A stretch of 64,000 nt of DNA from Balanoglossus misakiensis (GCA_040954595.2 CM082583.2:12748987-12812986), one strand, 5' to 3'; counted from the stretch's first letter, positions 11,824-29,393 are shown. Made by a program: numbers and translations. Notes: generated by a model from the letters alone, not told the origin.

Positions 11824-13827
11824 ATGGCATCCACCAATGACAGCATACCCAAGTTTCTACTGTGTCCAGTCTGCTTGCAGCTATTCACCAGTCCCAAACG
11901 TCTACCTTGCTCTCACTCCTTCTGCCAGCATTGTCTGTCAAAGCTCATGGACGGCGAGGGCAGCATTCTCAAATGCCGGGAATGCAAAAGCCAGCACGAG
12001 ATTCCAAGCGACGGCGTTTCAGCCTTCCCAGATAATAACCTGGTCAATGACCTGCTTGAATTCTCCGAAGTTCTGACCCAAAGCGGGTCATCTTTCACTG
12101 AGGATGGACTGATTGCGTGCACTTGTTCGTCAGAACTCAGCGTTGCTGAGCGTTTCTGCAAAGAATGCTCCAAGTTCATGTGTCGGTCGTGCTACCGAGA
12201 ACACAAGCGAGACACCTCTGCCAAATTCCATCGTCCTGTAGTTGTTGAAGACATCAGCAAGCTGTTCCAGTTTCACTCATCGCGAGAGCAGTTACATACC
12301 GAGTACTGTAAAACACACACAAAGAAGCAACTGAAATATTTCTGTGCCACGTGTCGGGAAACCATATGTCGCATTTGTAAAGACGAGTTCCACCAGAAAA
12401 GCACCATCAGGAGGAAAGAATACAGACATGATGTCATAGAGATCAAAAAAGCTAATGAGAAGGGACGTAATAAGCTGAAAGCTGGCGTCACTTCGATGAG
12501 AAAACGGAAACCTGTTATTGAGAAGTTTCGACATACAGTGCGGATGTTAGATGTGCAGCTTGATCAGGACAGAGATGCAGCGGTTGAGAATATCAAATCT
12601 CACGTCGAGAAATTGATCCAGACAATTCGGGACAAGGAAGTTGAATTACTGGAGGAACTGGACAGCAAACACAGAGCTGACAAAGACTTGATTAAGTTCG
12701 GACTTGAGCACTCTGAAAAAGTCCTGGCAAACTTGACAAGAGCCATAGATTACACGGCACGAGTTTTGAAGGAAGAAAATGAAGTTGACTTTCTGTCGAT
12801 GGCAGGGCCTGTTGATGAGACAATTTCTGAACTGATGGCAGAGAAGTTGGATGTAACTGGGACGACCGGTGTCTGCTTGGAATTCATCTCCAACGCAGGT
12901 CTTGAGCGAATCTTGCACGTCGAACCAGTTGGCAGCCTTTGTAAGACGAAGATGCTGTCTTTTCTCTCGCCTGCAAAGCCTTCAAAGAAGAGGAAACAGC
13001 ACTCCAGTGATGGAACACTGAGCTTTTCACTCGTGCAAACAATCGAATTTGACGAGAAGTCCAAAGGAAAGCTGGAATCCCCGCACGGATTAGCTGTAAC
13101 TCCAGATGGCGCTGTGGTTGTTGCTGACCGATTCAACGGTCGGGTTCAGATCATGGAGAAGAGTGGAGAGTATAGGAGTCACATTGAGCTCAATCACCTG
13201 TACAGGAAGTTTGATCCTGTCGACATTTCAGTGATATTCGGCGATAAAATCGCGATAACAGATGCTCAAAACAAAAACATCCACATCTGTCATCAGTACG
13301 GTGAACTGATGGCTTCGTTCAGTGACAGCCAAATGTTCAAACCGTGCGGCGTATGCGTTCATGAAAACGGGTGTATCTACGTGACAGATTCCACAAACAT
13401 CAAAATGTTATCGAGCAACGGAAGTCTGTTGAAGACCATAGAGGGCGGCACACACAAGTTCACCGACCTGTGGTTCCTCACAACCAACAGCAAGGGCCAC
13501 CTCATCGTGTGCGACACCGGAAACCACCAGGTCCAGGTTCTTGACGCGGACGGCAGATTCTTGCTTGCGTTCGGCGAAAAGGATAATCCCTTCAACACAC
13601 CGAGAGGCGTCGCCGTCGACAAGTCGGACAACATCTACGTCACCAGCAACCACAAGCTGCAGCTGTTCCAGCCAGATGGCTCCTTCATTTGTCGCATTGA
13701 TGATGAAGAGGAAGACAAGCTGGAGTATCCGTGCGGGGTGGTTGTTGTGGAGACAGATGATGTCATTCGGGTGTTGGTGTCTGATGCTGGCAATGCCCGC
13801 ATACTTGTCTATGAAGCGCTGCAGTAG
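11824..13827 (+). CDS. TRIM-NHL E3 ubiquitin ligase (TRIM2/3/71-like, no obvious filamin domain); single coding exon
   Basis: 667-aa ORF: RING (CPVC..LPCSHSFCQHC..CREC), B-box1 (FCKECSKFMCRSC..H..H), B-box2 (CKTH..YFCATCRETICRIC..H), coiled coil, then about six NHL repeats (PHGLAV, PCGVCV, PRGVAVD). A splice acceptor ttttaatttcag lies just before the ATG. Confidence 0.93.
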   Translation: MASTNDSIPKFLLCPVCLQLFTSPKRLPCSHSFCQHCLSKLMDGEGSILKCRECKSQHEIPSDGVSAFPDNNLVNDLLEFSEVLTQSGSSFTEDGLIACTCSSELSVAERFCKECSKFMCRSCYREHKRDTSAKFHRPVVVEDISKLFQFHSSREQLHTEYCKTHTKKQLKYFCATCRETICRICKDEFHQKSTIRRKEYRHDVIEIKKANEKGRNKLKAGVTSMRKRKPVIEKFRHTVRMLDVQLDQDRDAAVENIKSHVEKLIQTIRDKEVELLEELDSKHRADKDLIKFGLEHSEKVLANLTRAIDYTARVLKEENEVDFLSMAGPVDETISELMAEKLDVTGTTGVCLEFISNAGLERILHVEPVGSLCKTKMLSFLSPAKPSKKRKQHSSDGTLSFSLVQTIEFDEKSKGKLESPHGLAVTPDGAVVVADRFNGRVQIMEKSGEYRSHIELNHLYRKFDPVDISVIFGDKIAITDAQNKNIHICHQYGELMASFSDSQMFKPCGVCVHENGCIYVTDSTNIKMLSSNGSLLKTIEGGTHKFTDLWFLTTNSKGHLIVCDTGNHQVQVLDADGRFLLAFGEKDNPFNTPRGVAVDKSDNIYVTSNHKLQLFQPDGSFICRIDDEEEDKLEYPCGVVVVETDDVIRVLVSDAGNARILVYEALQ

Positions 13828-14663
13828 ATCACAGATGTGCAGTGCATGCAGTAACAATGGGATTGTACACTTTGATGTACACAATTCAAAGCATATCTTG
13901 CCAAACAATGGGACTGGGAGTCTATAGCCTCCCCAGCAGGAGAGTTTTATATCTGATTTTACAAAGTTGTCGATAAACTAGAATTTATACGACGCTGTAT
14001 TTTTCTGAAGCATAGATTCTTGATGAAATTATATGTATTTTGTATTCCATTAATAATGAACTGAAATTAATAAAATGTATTAAAAAGAGAATTTTGTCAT
14101 CGGGTATCAAATATGTTTACCTCTGAGAGACTTAAATATAGCTTTATTAATCAACATCTTTGAAAACTTGACAAAAAACACAAAATTCAAAAAAGGTGTA
14201 AATTCATGTTGACTGGTTATACTCCTTTTCACCTTTTGCTGTGAAAGTGGCTTCCGGACCAGATCGCTTGGTATCATCTTCAAGTTCTGCATTCTACTTC
14301 ACTCTGAACGTGCACCACTTGTCAACTTCACACCTCTGTCGTCTACTGCCTTTGATATTGCAGGTCAAACAGTAAACATGTAAATCATTGTACCAGTCTC
14401 TGTACAACTTTGCCACAACATCACAGATGGGCACTCCTCAGGCCAACTCCTTTCCAACAGCTGCAGTGGATAATGGCTTTCACTTTCCTTTGCAGTTACA
14501 GCCCTGTTTATGTTGGTACATTGGCAGTACCAGAGCAAGCCATGGACTTGGAACGTGTTGATTTGCCAGGATGTGTAATCAGACAAATGAACCTTCCATT
14601 AGCACAGCCAGACTGGAGTAACCGCACATACAGAAAAGGTGGTTGTTTTCCAGCAAAGACGCT

Positions 14664-16112
14664 TCAAAATATGTACAGTGATCCATCTGCGGGCGTAATG
14701 TATCCAATGCCAACCAATATGGCGTCTACTATCGTCCATACGCCCAGGCCCCCGAAACTGAATAATTTACCCAGGCCTTCTCTCCAATATCCCAGATAGA
14801 ATCGGTCGACTCCGAAACCGCCCAGAGTTATGCTGTGGAAAAGAAAATCATCACACGCTAAAATCTGTGCCACATAAATGACACATTGAAACATGTAAAA
14901 TGATGTGTGGAGAGACTGTGGATTAATAAATTTTAAAAAGATGACCATACCTCAAAATAAGTGCTGTTGTGTATCGATACCCTGAAGTCCAGTTACAGGG
15001 CATTCTTTTGAAAAAGGTTCTCCTTCCTGGAATAAACAAAATAACATCAACAGCATGAATAAGGGACACATGTACATTATGTATGTTGAATGATATCTCA
15101 ACAGTTTAAACACAGCACACTACAACCATGATTGGATGGTAGAGATGGATGTAGCGAGAATACAAAACGACAAATTACCTAGACAAATGATTTCCCCCAA
15201 GACAGTACAGTTAACCGTCACTGTCTGTCTGGGGCTGGCATTGACTTTACAGTTGGTGGCTGGTGTACAATCGTGTTCCCATGATTCAGTTTGGTAGCAA
15301 TACCGGCAAACAAACGTCTTTTCAAATTCTTGCTCGCCCTGAAATAAAATATGAGAAAAGAACTGTGTGTGATTATTTTTTAACAAAAAGCAAAAGATTA
15401 AAGAAAACACTGAAACAAGTAATCATTTAGTGTGAATAATCACAGTTTATTATAATAAGACCAACAAGTGCTATATACTCACTGTGCACTCAATCCCTGC
15501 TTTGGGTCTACACATCGCTGTTGTTTCTTTGCCGTATACGCAAGACATGGTGAAATTACAATCTATGCAGTCACCCCCTAATACTGAACATTCTGTCAAG
15601 CTTGGACAACTTTCCAGGTATTCATCAGCTGGCGTGGGCGTGGTCGTTATCTGTGGGTGTGTTGCAGATTCACTAATTATCTCTGTTATATGCTTGCTGG
15701 ATATAGTCTCACCTTCACTGTTTGCTGAAACAAATAAACACTGAAATTAGGATATTTTTGAAATTAATGACACTATTATAAATTAGCTGTGTTTTGTTGT
15801 TGTTTGAAGTCCATGTTTATCCATGTTCTGGGTTTTTTCAAGTTGTCAAGTAGTTCACATCGACAATAAACCACCTTCACCTTCGGGTTCCACTTCTTGT
15901 GTGTGTGCATTTACTTTGTTCATATGTCATGTATGTATTCCAAACGAGAAAAACATAGTCCAAACACTTTTCTCACACAGACTCAGATGATACTTACTGC
16001 TAGTAGTACTTAACGATGGTTTGACAGATACTGAGAGAAATATATACAAACAAGAAAGTATCCGAAACCGATAGTATTTTGGCCTTTTCCGTCGGACGCT
16101 GTCATCAGCCAT
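14664..16112 (-). CDS. TM2D3: TM2 domain-containing protein 3 (almondex ortholog)
   Basis: Exons ~16112-15998, 15724-15483, 15338-15179, 15026-14951, 14832-14664. Cys-rich ectodomain (CRYCYQT), CNWTSGY, and TM2 domain SITLGGFGVDRFYLG...GYITPADGSLYIF. Confidence 0.95.
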
Positions 16113-16428
16113 CTTTCGTACTGAACCCGGAAGAGAAACTTTTTAACGTTTGGCGCAATATTCAGATTAGTATTCAGATTCACATCCGACAAATTTGAAA
16201 TTGATGTTTACACTCTTTGGATAATGTTGATTGCAAAATTTAACATTACAAGTTGGATTATAAATGCTAATCTAAGCAAATCGAGTCTTATTTGGGAGAA
16301 ATAACATTGAATTTAGTTTAGATATCAAACTTTTAATGTTTGGATATTCGGGTGAAATTGAATCTGAAGCTCATTTCATCGAGCAAATGATGAAAACGGA
16401 GAGAAACTAACACTCGTGTTGACTTGAA
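16113..16428. promoter_or_regulatory. Bidirectional promoter TM2D3/EIF2B5
   Basis: Head-to-head ATGs 316 bp apart; ETS-like CCGGAAG at ~16127. Confidence 0.7.
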
Positions 16429-19400
16429 ATGGCTTCATCGAAGAAAAAGAAGGGAGAACGCGATAGCTTGCTGAAACAAGAAGATGTCTTACAAGCAGTG
16501 CTTCTTGCCGACAGCTTCAATGTCAGGTTTGCGCCAATAACACTGGAGCGACCAAGGGTAGGAGTTCTCTCTTCTTGCAAGTGTCATTATGAAGAGCGCC
16601 ACCATGAACGTTGTTTAGTGTGTGAGGCAACGAGATCGGTTAACGAAAGTGATAGCTGCTGATTTAATTTTCACCGTGTATTATCGAAAATAAAGTCAAT
16701 GAATAAAAAGTAATACCGGATAGACCATAATAAATATCTTGTATGATCCGGGTTATTGTGTGGACACCACCAGCTGTTAAATGAACTGCAGCTGTGCTGT
16801 GTGTGTGTGTGTGTGTGGGGGGGGGGGGTATGCTAATACCCCCACGGTACAGCTGTGTTTCCATAGCTACAGCAGGAACTAATTGTCTTAAAGACAGGAG
16901 AAGAATTATCATTACTGAATCAACACATTTTATACTAAATTATTCTTTCTCTTGTCTTGCAGGCGCTGCTTCCATTGGTAAACTGTACTCTGCTAGATTA
17001 TACACTAGAATTCCTGACAACAGCTGGAGTTCAAGAAATTTATGTCTACTGCACTGCACATGCAGATCAGATAAAAAACCATCTCAAGTAAGGGGCTCAT
17101 AGTAAATGCTGTTTTAAGGTTGCTGAAAAAACAAACTTGAAAGACAATGAGTTACGTAAAACATTTTAACTCTGGTAAAAAGAGTGTATGGTAATTTTCA
17201 TCTTTCAGAAATTCCAAATGGACAAGTGACAAGACTGCTTGTAAGGTTTCTACCATAGTTTCTGAAGACTGCAGGACTGTTGGAGATGCACTACGGGATA
17301 TCGACAACAAATCCCTACTACGCTCAGATTTTGTTCTGGTCAATGGGGACATTGTGTCGAATATGAATTTCAAAAAAGTTCTAGAAGAACACAAGTAAGT
17401 AGTAAAGACAGAACCAAAGTTTCTGTCTCCATGTTCAGTGACACTGAATCAAAATTCTGATAATTTCTTCAAATGACCATGTGGTTTTTATTTCACAGGG
17501 CACGACGACAGAAAGACAAATCCTCAGTCATGACTCTTGTGTGTAAAGAGGCTTCCCCGGGACACAAGACAAGATCCAGAGAAGATGAATTCATGGCAGC
17601 TGTAGATACCAACACAAAGAGAGTGTTTCATTTTCAGAAAGTGAATACTGCTAAAAAGATTCAACTGTCTATGGTAAGGAAGGGTCAACACTCTTTTAGT
17701 TCAGCGCTAGAATTGTAGACATGCTGGCTTTCACTCACTCTCTCATATCTCGTATCATTTTCACTTTCCATTCTTCTACAGAGTATGTTTCAAGAAAACC
17801 AAAATATTCAGCTGCGGTATGATCTTCTGGACACACATATCTGCATCTGTTCAACGCAAGTACCTGAACTATTTACAGACAATTTTGATTATCAAACCAA
17901 GGATGACTTTGTCCATGGTATTCTGATTAACGAAGAGGTAGGTCTTCTAAGAAGTTTGATTGTGGCAAGCTTTGTAGCCTAGGTCAGTGTTGATAGAAAT
18001 ATACCGATTGGTAGGATCTGTAAAGTACCAATGATGCAGTCAATATGAAAGAAAACAGATTTGCATCCCACTGTCCAGCCACTGATTGTCAGTTTCCAAA
18101 ATAAAAGTAGATATAGGGCGACTGCTAAGATTTCTTCTCTGTGTCTTCTTACAGATTATGGGAAACCAAATTCACATGCATGTAATTGATGATGAATATG
18201 CTGCCAGGGTGTCCAACCCCTATATGTATCATGCAGTCAGGTAGGATGATAATGTATTGTACAATTGTATGGTGTGGTATTACTGACTACAATGCTATTG
18301 TCATTGAGATGATGCATTTTGTTGGTTGTGTTTGTTTTATCACAGAAACAATGCACATCCTCACTTGATAGTTTTTATCTTTGCAGCAAAGATATAATTC
18401 ATCGGTGGAGCTATCCATTGGTACCGGACAATGCCATTGATGATGATGCTAGTTTCACCCTACTCAGGCATAACACATATCTTGCTAAAGATATTACCCT
18501 AGCAAGGTATGTACGGGATGTATTGATAAATGGAACGCTTGGAATTTCAATGTAAACAAGATTTATTGAGATTTCTTTTCTTTTTTTTCACAAAATAGGG
18601 GTTGCATCCTACAAGAAGATGTAGTGGTTGGCCAGGGAACATGTATAGGTACAAATACAGTTGTCAGTAAATCGGTGATTGGTAGAAACTGTTCAATAGG
18701 TAAGCACATGTTTACATATTATGGGATACATGCAGGAGATGTAAACTTCAGACATATACCACTGATATAGCCATACTCAGATATAGGAACATGCTGCAAT
18801 TTACAACAGTCTCTTCAATTTTCTTTTCAGGAGAGAATGTAACCTTAGAAAATACGTATTTATGGGACAACGTAACCATTGAGGCTGGTGCCAACTTAAA
18901 TATGTGTATAGTGTGTGATAGGGCTGTCATCAAATCCAAGGTCACTGTGGAACCAAATTGTGTGATCTCCTACGATGTAAGTTTAGCCAGTTTCCCCAAG
19001 TATACAGGGCTATTCACTCTTCAGCATAATGTCATCTTGTCGTGATTGTTATGCTAATGATGATGACGTACAAATAAGTCTGCTTTTGTCATGGTTTGCT
19101 GATTTCTTCAGTGAGACTGAGAGTATTTTTTGTGTGACTTCCCTGTTGATTGTATGGTCCCTATTCTAGTTTCCTTTTCCCCATTTTACTTTGTTCTCAT
19201 TTTTGACAGGTTGTGGTCGGACCAGACATCACTCTTCCAGAAGGAACTCTTCTGACCAATCAGTTACCACGGGTGTCGTCCAACCAGGACGACTTTGCAG
19301 AGGATGATGGGAAGACGAGTGAGCCGCAAGAACAGGAAGTACCATGTGAGTGTCTGCAAGTAATCTCAGATAATGTAATATGAATAATTTTAACCCTTTC

Positions 19401-20856
19401 ACCACCATGGTTGACTCTATAGAGGGAACTGGGGGTGAAATGGTTAAACCAAATCTTGATTGTATCTCCCATATTGCAGCCTATGATGTCAATGCTGTTG
19501 GAGCTGAGGGTAAGGGATACGTGTGGAAAATGCGGGAAGAAGATTTGGATGAAGATGAGGAATTATTACAGCAGATGTGGAGTAAGTTGGTGACAGCTCA
19601 TCATTTGGTCTAAATGCAAATTGTCCCTCCACACGCCTGTCTGATAGTGATAATGTTAATGTGTGCCTTATCTGTTTCTGTCCCGCACACAGATCTAAGT
19701 CTTGATCAAAGAGATAATGAAGATGAAGTAGAAAGTAGCAGTGATGAATCGTCTGATGAAGACCTGTCACCACCATCTTCACCACCACCAGATGATACAA
19801 AAAGTAAGCCTGGAGAGTCAAGGACATCATTTTGGAATTCTAAATTGAATTAATACAAGGTAGCAAATGTCTGTTTTGGTGTGGCTACAATTATCATTTG
19901 AAATTCTCCTCTTCTTTTTTTAAAGTGTTCTACAATGAAGTCCTGGATAGTTTACAGCGTGGCATTGACGAGAACATCAAATGTGATAATCTTATCCTGG
20001 AGGTGAATTCATCCAAGTATGCTTACAACATATCCATGAAGGAACTCAACATTCTGGTCATCAAAGCCATCCTGGAAGTCCCCAATGTGAGATCGTCCAC
20101 ATCCCTGGATCCAGCAAAGTATTTGGCTCAGCTCAAACCAGTAGGTTTCTAACTGTCACAAACAAACAATGTCTGCCATTCAAATTCTGAGGAAGTTTTC
20201 TGTTTTGAAATATAATATTGCCCCTAATCTCGCTTATCACTGTCTTTCAGTTGCTGAACCGACTTTCGCCACTGCTACGTAACTACATGAAGAGTTCAGA
20301 GTCTCAGTTGGACTGTTTAACTGGAATAGAAGTAAGTCCTGTCCATTTCTCTTGCCCCTCTAATCCATGACAGAGGTTATAAATAGAAACTATTTCCCTC
20401 CCTTCCAAGAAGGTCATACAGTCTATTCTAATACAAGAATTTCTGATCTGTTGTTTGTTTTGACCACAGGAGTACAGTGCACACCACAGCAACTTTGCTC
20501 CCATCCTGATGAAAGTGATGCACTTCCTGTACGATGACCTGGAAGTGTTGGTGGAAACTGTCATCCTGAAATGGTACAATGGTGGGCCTGTGTCCGAAGA
20601 TGCAAATACAAAAGCGAAACATAAAGAAACCAGATCGCAGGTAAGCTACTCTTTGCATTCTTGCATTTGGAATATTTCAAATACTCTAATTCATTAAAGA
20701 TCTATTGGCTGTAATTTTTGACTGTTTTTTTCAGTATACTGAACACTAGTAGTCATTTGTGCATTTGTCTAATATACACTTTTTCACCACTAGGTTGCGC
20801 CATTCATCAAGTGGTTGGAAGAGGCTGAAGAGGAAGAGAGTGAAGATGAAGACTGA
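16429..20856 (+). CDS. EIF2B5: Translation initiation factor eIF-2B subunit epsilon
   Basis: About 16 exons. N-terminal [44 protein letters not shown], hexapeptide left-handed beta-helix exons, acidic linker with SPPSSP (GSK3-type site), and W2 domain [13 protein letters not shown] ... [17 protein letters not shown]. Confidence 0.96.
19051..19126 (+). ncRNA. Candidate intronic box C/D snoRNA (unverified)
   Basis: C box ATGATGA at 19057, D box CTGA at 19117, 5-bp terminal stem ATGCT/AGTAT (one G-U), D box about 90 nt upstream of the 3' splice site of an EIF2B5 intron. No rRNA target recognised. Confidence 0.3.
19390..19447. mobile_element. Miniature TTAA-flanked inverted-repeat element (piggyBac-like MITE remnant)
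   Basis: TTAA-CCCTTTCACCACCA ... TGGGGGTGAAATGG-TTAA; TIRs match at 12/14. A related degenerate copy lies at ~41508-41615. Confidence 0.55.
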
Positions 20857-23013
20857 TGACAGCGTTGTCATCATGCTACTCATCTCCTCTTGCTCAGTGA
20901 CATCATCAGGTTGCCTAGCAACATCTTGAGACAGCTGACAGACACCAGCAATTCCAACAGAAATAAATAGCCATTTGCATTCACTCATTTTGCTGTGCAT
21001 GACTGTAAACATGAAAATCTTCTGCATTCAACCAAAAATCATGGCATGTAAATTTATTTTATGTCAATAAAGTCTTGTGGCCAGTGATAAATAGTGAATG
21101 ATATGCGTTATGATATTTTTTGCATCTACATCTAATCCATTGCTGGGTGAAGTGTAATGACATGGAACAGACTAATTTTTTTTCTGCACATTTAATTGAA
21201 ACAATAAAATATAAGTACATGTGTAGACATACATGAGAAATTTGTTAACACTTGAATTGGAAACATGTTCAAGGTTACAGCATATTGAAACCCTGTCTAT
21301 AACAACATCCATGTCAAATATTGCCAACAAAACTTGAACATGAGGATAGAAAAATATAAACTTTTGCGACTGTGTATTGCAAAACATGGAACAAATTGTG
21401 ACATGATCATTATTAGTGTACGAAAAGTAATGTGTTGTTCCTCTCGTCACGAAAACACTTATTTTTAAGAAGCCTGCAAATGATTGGTTCATGGATGTTA
21501 CTGTGGGAAAATCCAACCAGTTAGAATCCTTCTACCAATCACCTACCAGATGAGCTATTGGAAATAACAGCTTATTTTTTAAAAAGACCTGAAACCATAA
21601 AAAACTTAAAGACTTAAAATCTACGCCTACATTGTTACAACACCAGCTAGTGTACTTTATCATGTTTATCTAACAATACCCAAAGATCAAAAAGCTCATT
21701 ACTACATATTTCTGTTTTCTACAACATTGTCAGAGACAAAAGCAGGCAAGATGCTGCAGTTCGACTGGTTGGAATTTGGCACTCACGATTGCAGCAGGTT
21801 TAGTATGTATCCATTTTTGCTTCACTGATTAGGAAGACACAAATGGGGAGAGCATGTCGGTTCAATCTCGAAACTCGACAGTAAATTCAGCAAGGACTTG
21901 TCTTGCAAACATGATTTCTAACATTCCAACTTTCCCTGGTAAGAATTACCCTGAGGTTGAAAGTGATCCTGACCACATGAATGAAACGATCAGGTTGCAA
22001 CAAAGGTGTTAGACTGGAAAAACTGTCGCACGAGGTCGCTCTCCAGTCGAAGGTGTCAGCTCAAAGGATTCATTTCTGTGAAATGATCCATTTTTAAACG
22101 ACGCAACAAACAACCTGCATGAATTTCGTACTGAAGTATAAATTGGATGACATGGATTAAATACTTTCCATATAGTGTTATATATAGATATATAAATATA
22201 ATGTATTAACAAGTAAAAGTTTACTATGTTACAATTCAGGAGATAAAATAGTATAATAGGAACTTTCGCGTTAACATCACTTTTGCCCATGAACCACTGA
22301 ATAAGAACTGCCTTAGCAAATTAACTGTATTCACTGTTTATAGGTCCTACTTTCAAACACTTGTTAAAAACTTTACCAAAAGCCAGTGCAGTAATGTGTT
22401 AGATAATCTTAATTTCAAACCTTAAATAAAGTAAAAAAAAAAATGCCAATAATAACAATAATGTGAATGCAGAAATAATAAAAAATGTCAAATTTTAAAA
22501 GTGAAAAGGCAACGGTGCGGAGTGAAAAAGCATAAATCGAAAAGTTTCTTTTTGTAGAAGACTGTTAGTAAAAAATAAAGAACGCAGCGCGGTCACTAAT
22601 GTGTTTTTTGCATTGAAGATTTGCATGTACAGACCTGGAGCATTTCTTATTGCATTACAACTGTTTCTTGTAATTGCAGCGAATATGTTGTGTGGTTGAT
22701 GTTTTCACAAAGAAGTGATTCCACTAAAGGAAACACAAATAGCAGCTGGAATGTTGTATAATTTACATTTTACCCTCGTTCAGATTGTCTTGCTGTGCAA
22801 CGCGCAAAAATACACCCAGTCTGTTTTGGTCCGCGGTACGCAAAGGGAATGGAACAAACCACTCCAAAAATGTCTACTTTTAATGTAATGTGGAAATAGT
22901 GGCAGTAAATGTTGAGATGCTGTTGACTTGTAAAATAATGGTCACTGGTGTAAGACTCTGAGGATTTGTCCATTAATCAGCAGGTAGTGCCAATGGTATT
23001 ACCATGGACTGGT

Positions 23014-27015
<4,002 letters not shown>

Positions 27016-28539
27016 TGTGTGTTTGTACAGCTGAAATTCAAAAAGCATCAAATATCGATAAAAATAATCCAAAACTGGTATTTTAGTATCACACACTAGG
27101 GCCCGTCAATCGCACTCAACTCATCACTGATGAATCCAAACATAGACAAATACACTCAGTAGTGTACCCAGCTTTGTTGGCATGACAGCGAGATCATTCA
27201 GTTATTTTGCAAAATAATATCACATGCATTACAGCTGGTGTCACTCAGAATGTTGCTACTTATTTTGTGCATGAATATTGTTACTGTTTAGAGAGTAAGG
27301 GACAAAATGTGTGGGTGGGGTCCACCCAGAAAGAAAGTGGGTATTAAATTTTTACGATTGAATTCACAAAGGTTTGGATCAACATAAAATTTAGTGAGTG
27401 TTTGGTGGTATGCAAGTGTTCACTTTTAAACAAACATACCTAAAGAGAGATTAAATGCACCGTTGAAAGTTACCACAGAAAGTCCATTAGAATAGATATT
27501 TGATATGGCCACCTCATGTCTGCCTTGAATATACTATGCAAGTCTTTTCAAATGTACTCTTTTTGTAAATACGTACCAGTTACAGATCAAAATCTAATCT
27601 GCTTATTTTTGTGGATATGTGACTGAGGTGTCACAGCCCAATGGTATAAAATGGGCTAACCTAACAAAGCCTTAGGTTAACCTGTCCCTAGACCAACCAT
27701 GTTAGAAACCACTGAGTTATCTTCATCTATTTTGTATACTGAGCTTTTATAGGGCTTCTTTCTACATTGTTAAGACCAAGGTCCTACAACCTCTCATGGT
27801 CATATAGCTTGGTTGCCAGATTATAGACAAATATTTTAATGGTTAGTTGTAAAAGTTAAGAGGATTTGCACATTTTTTTGAAGTACATGTAGTTCCCACC
27901 TGCACAGTATCGAAGTGCACATGGTATGTTGCCTGTGCAACAAGCAATCTGAATAAACACAGGATTTTTACCAAGAGACCAATATTTTTTAAACTCCTTC
28001 CATAAAAAGAAACTGCCAAAATTATCAACGCCTGTTCCATGATAAATCTGAGTTGTCAGCCAAAGCGCTTGCAGTTGCAGAAGGAAGCTTTCATGGACTG
28101 CAAAAAGTCAAAAGGGCTTCGAAAAGAAAATAATCTCTTGCTAAAAGAAAATAGACACAGCCATATCTTAATAATCCCTTACAATAACAAATGCAACTTT
28201 TATTAGTTCACTGTCGCCACAGGTCGTTCACGTTGGGTTCAGCCCTGTACTGTGACCCTAACAAGTAATGAAATTACATAAGAACTAGCAAAGACTACAT
28301 TCTTCTAAAATAAATTTGTTTTGTCCCGGTTGATCAGCGCAGTGTCTGTCCACGTCTGCAGTGTACCCCTGCCCCCCCCCCCCCCAATCAATTTCATGCG
28401 AAGCGGAAAATTCACTGATTGTACACAGTTACCAAAATGTGTGACACAGGCCGGGTGGATATCGTGCAAGTAAAATTCATCAATGACCACGGCAGAAAGT
28501 CATGCTTAAAGAGAGGGTGACGTGTACTCGACTCACTTG

Positions 28540-29100
28540 AATGATTCTGAATCCGTGATCTTGAAGACTGCGATCGGTGACGCCAGGCTGTTTGCGCTTA
28601 CTTAGGGAGCGGTCGTTTGTACGAATGCTGTACTGTACGTTCGGTGTGTCCGACTAACCATGGACTAACTGACTGACTCACAGAATTCACATACTACCGG
28701 AAGCTAAACATGTTTTGTGTTGAACCGAAAGGGTGTCGGGCGACGTCAGTTGACATTTCCTGTTGGGAACACCCTTCGCGAAGTGCACAGGAAAGGGACA
28801 CCTGGGGGCGCTGTATCGAAGGCAAAGTTCAAAGGTTACGTTTAGGGCAACATGTGTGTATGTCGGTGAATATGTCAAATCAGGTTAGTTTATCGGTTTA
28901 ATAAGGTACATACATGTTTTTTTCTCATTTCCCCTTGCAAGTGGGTGCCCGTGTAGCCACATGCATGGCTGACAAGGAGTGCCAAACCATTTGCCAGTGT
29001 TTGATGTTTCACCAGTGATGCAACTGGCAGTGGAACGAGTGATGTAAGTTGCAACTGGATTTTCCAGCTGCATCAGACTTGCACATTTGAGGATCTGTGC
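28540..29100. promoter_or_regulatory. Probable bidirectional promoter UGDH/FASTKD5
   Basis: CpG-rich patch with outward-facing splice donors (minus ~28535; plus ~28884 and ~29123), CCGGAAG at 28697, CRE-like GACGTCA at 28742, and CTCF-like ACACCTGGGGGCGCTG at 28798-28813. Confidence 0.55.
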
Positions 29101-29393
29101 TTCCCGTGAATGATATGAGCAAGGTATTTGCCAACTATAATATCATAATGCTTTACCATTACCGGTAATGCCAGTTATGGTATCAACTGGGTAACAGTTA
29201 GCTTATGTCTCCCTGTCATGCATTAGCAACCTAGCTAGTATAAGCAAGTGAGAAGGCCCTTCAAGTACAAATTAATATCATCCTTATTCATAGACACCCA
29301 CAACTCTAAATTCGGAATTATAGATACTTTATTTTCTGTTTACATACGATATTTTGTTTTGTTTTACAGTGCCTGGTAAACAATTGATTTAAT

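Noticed and set aside
13408-13908. 166-aa minus-strand ORF and other ORFs overlapping TRIM-NHL
   Set aside because: Antisense or alternative-frame shadows of a GC-rich coding exon.
14510-14666. About 50 open codons after the TM2D3 TGA (possible readthrough or selenocysteine)
   Set aside because: The protein ends at the conserved DGSLYI terminus, the context TGA-AGC is not a known readthrough motif, and I saw no SECIS.
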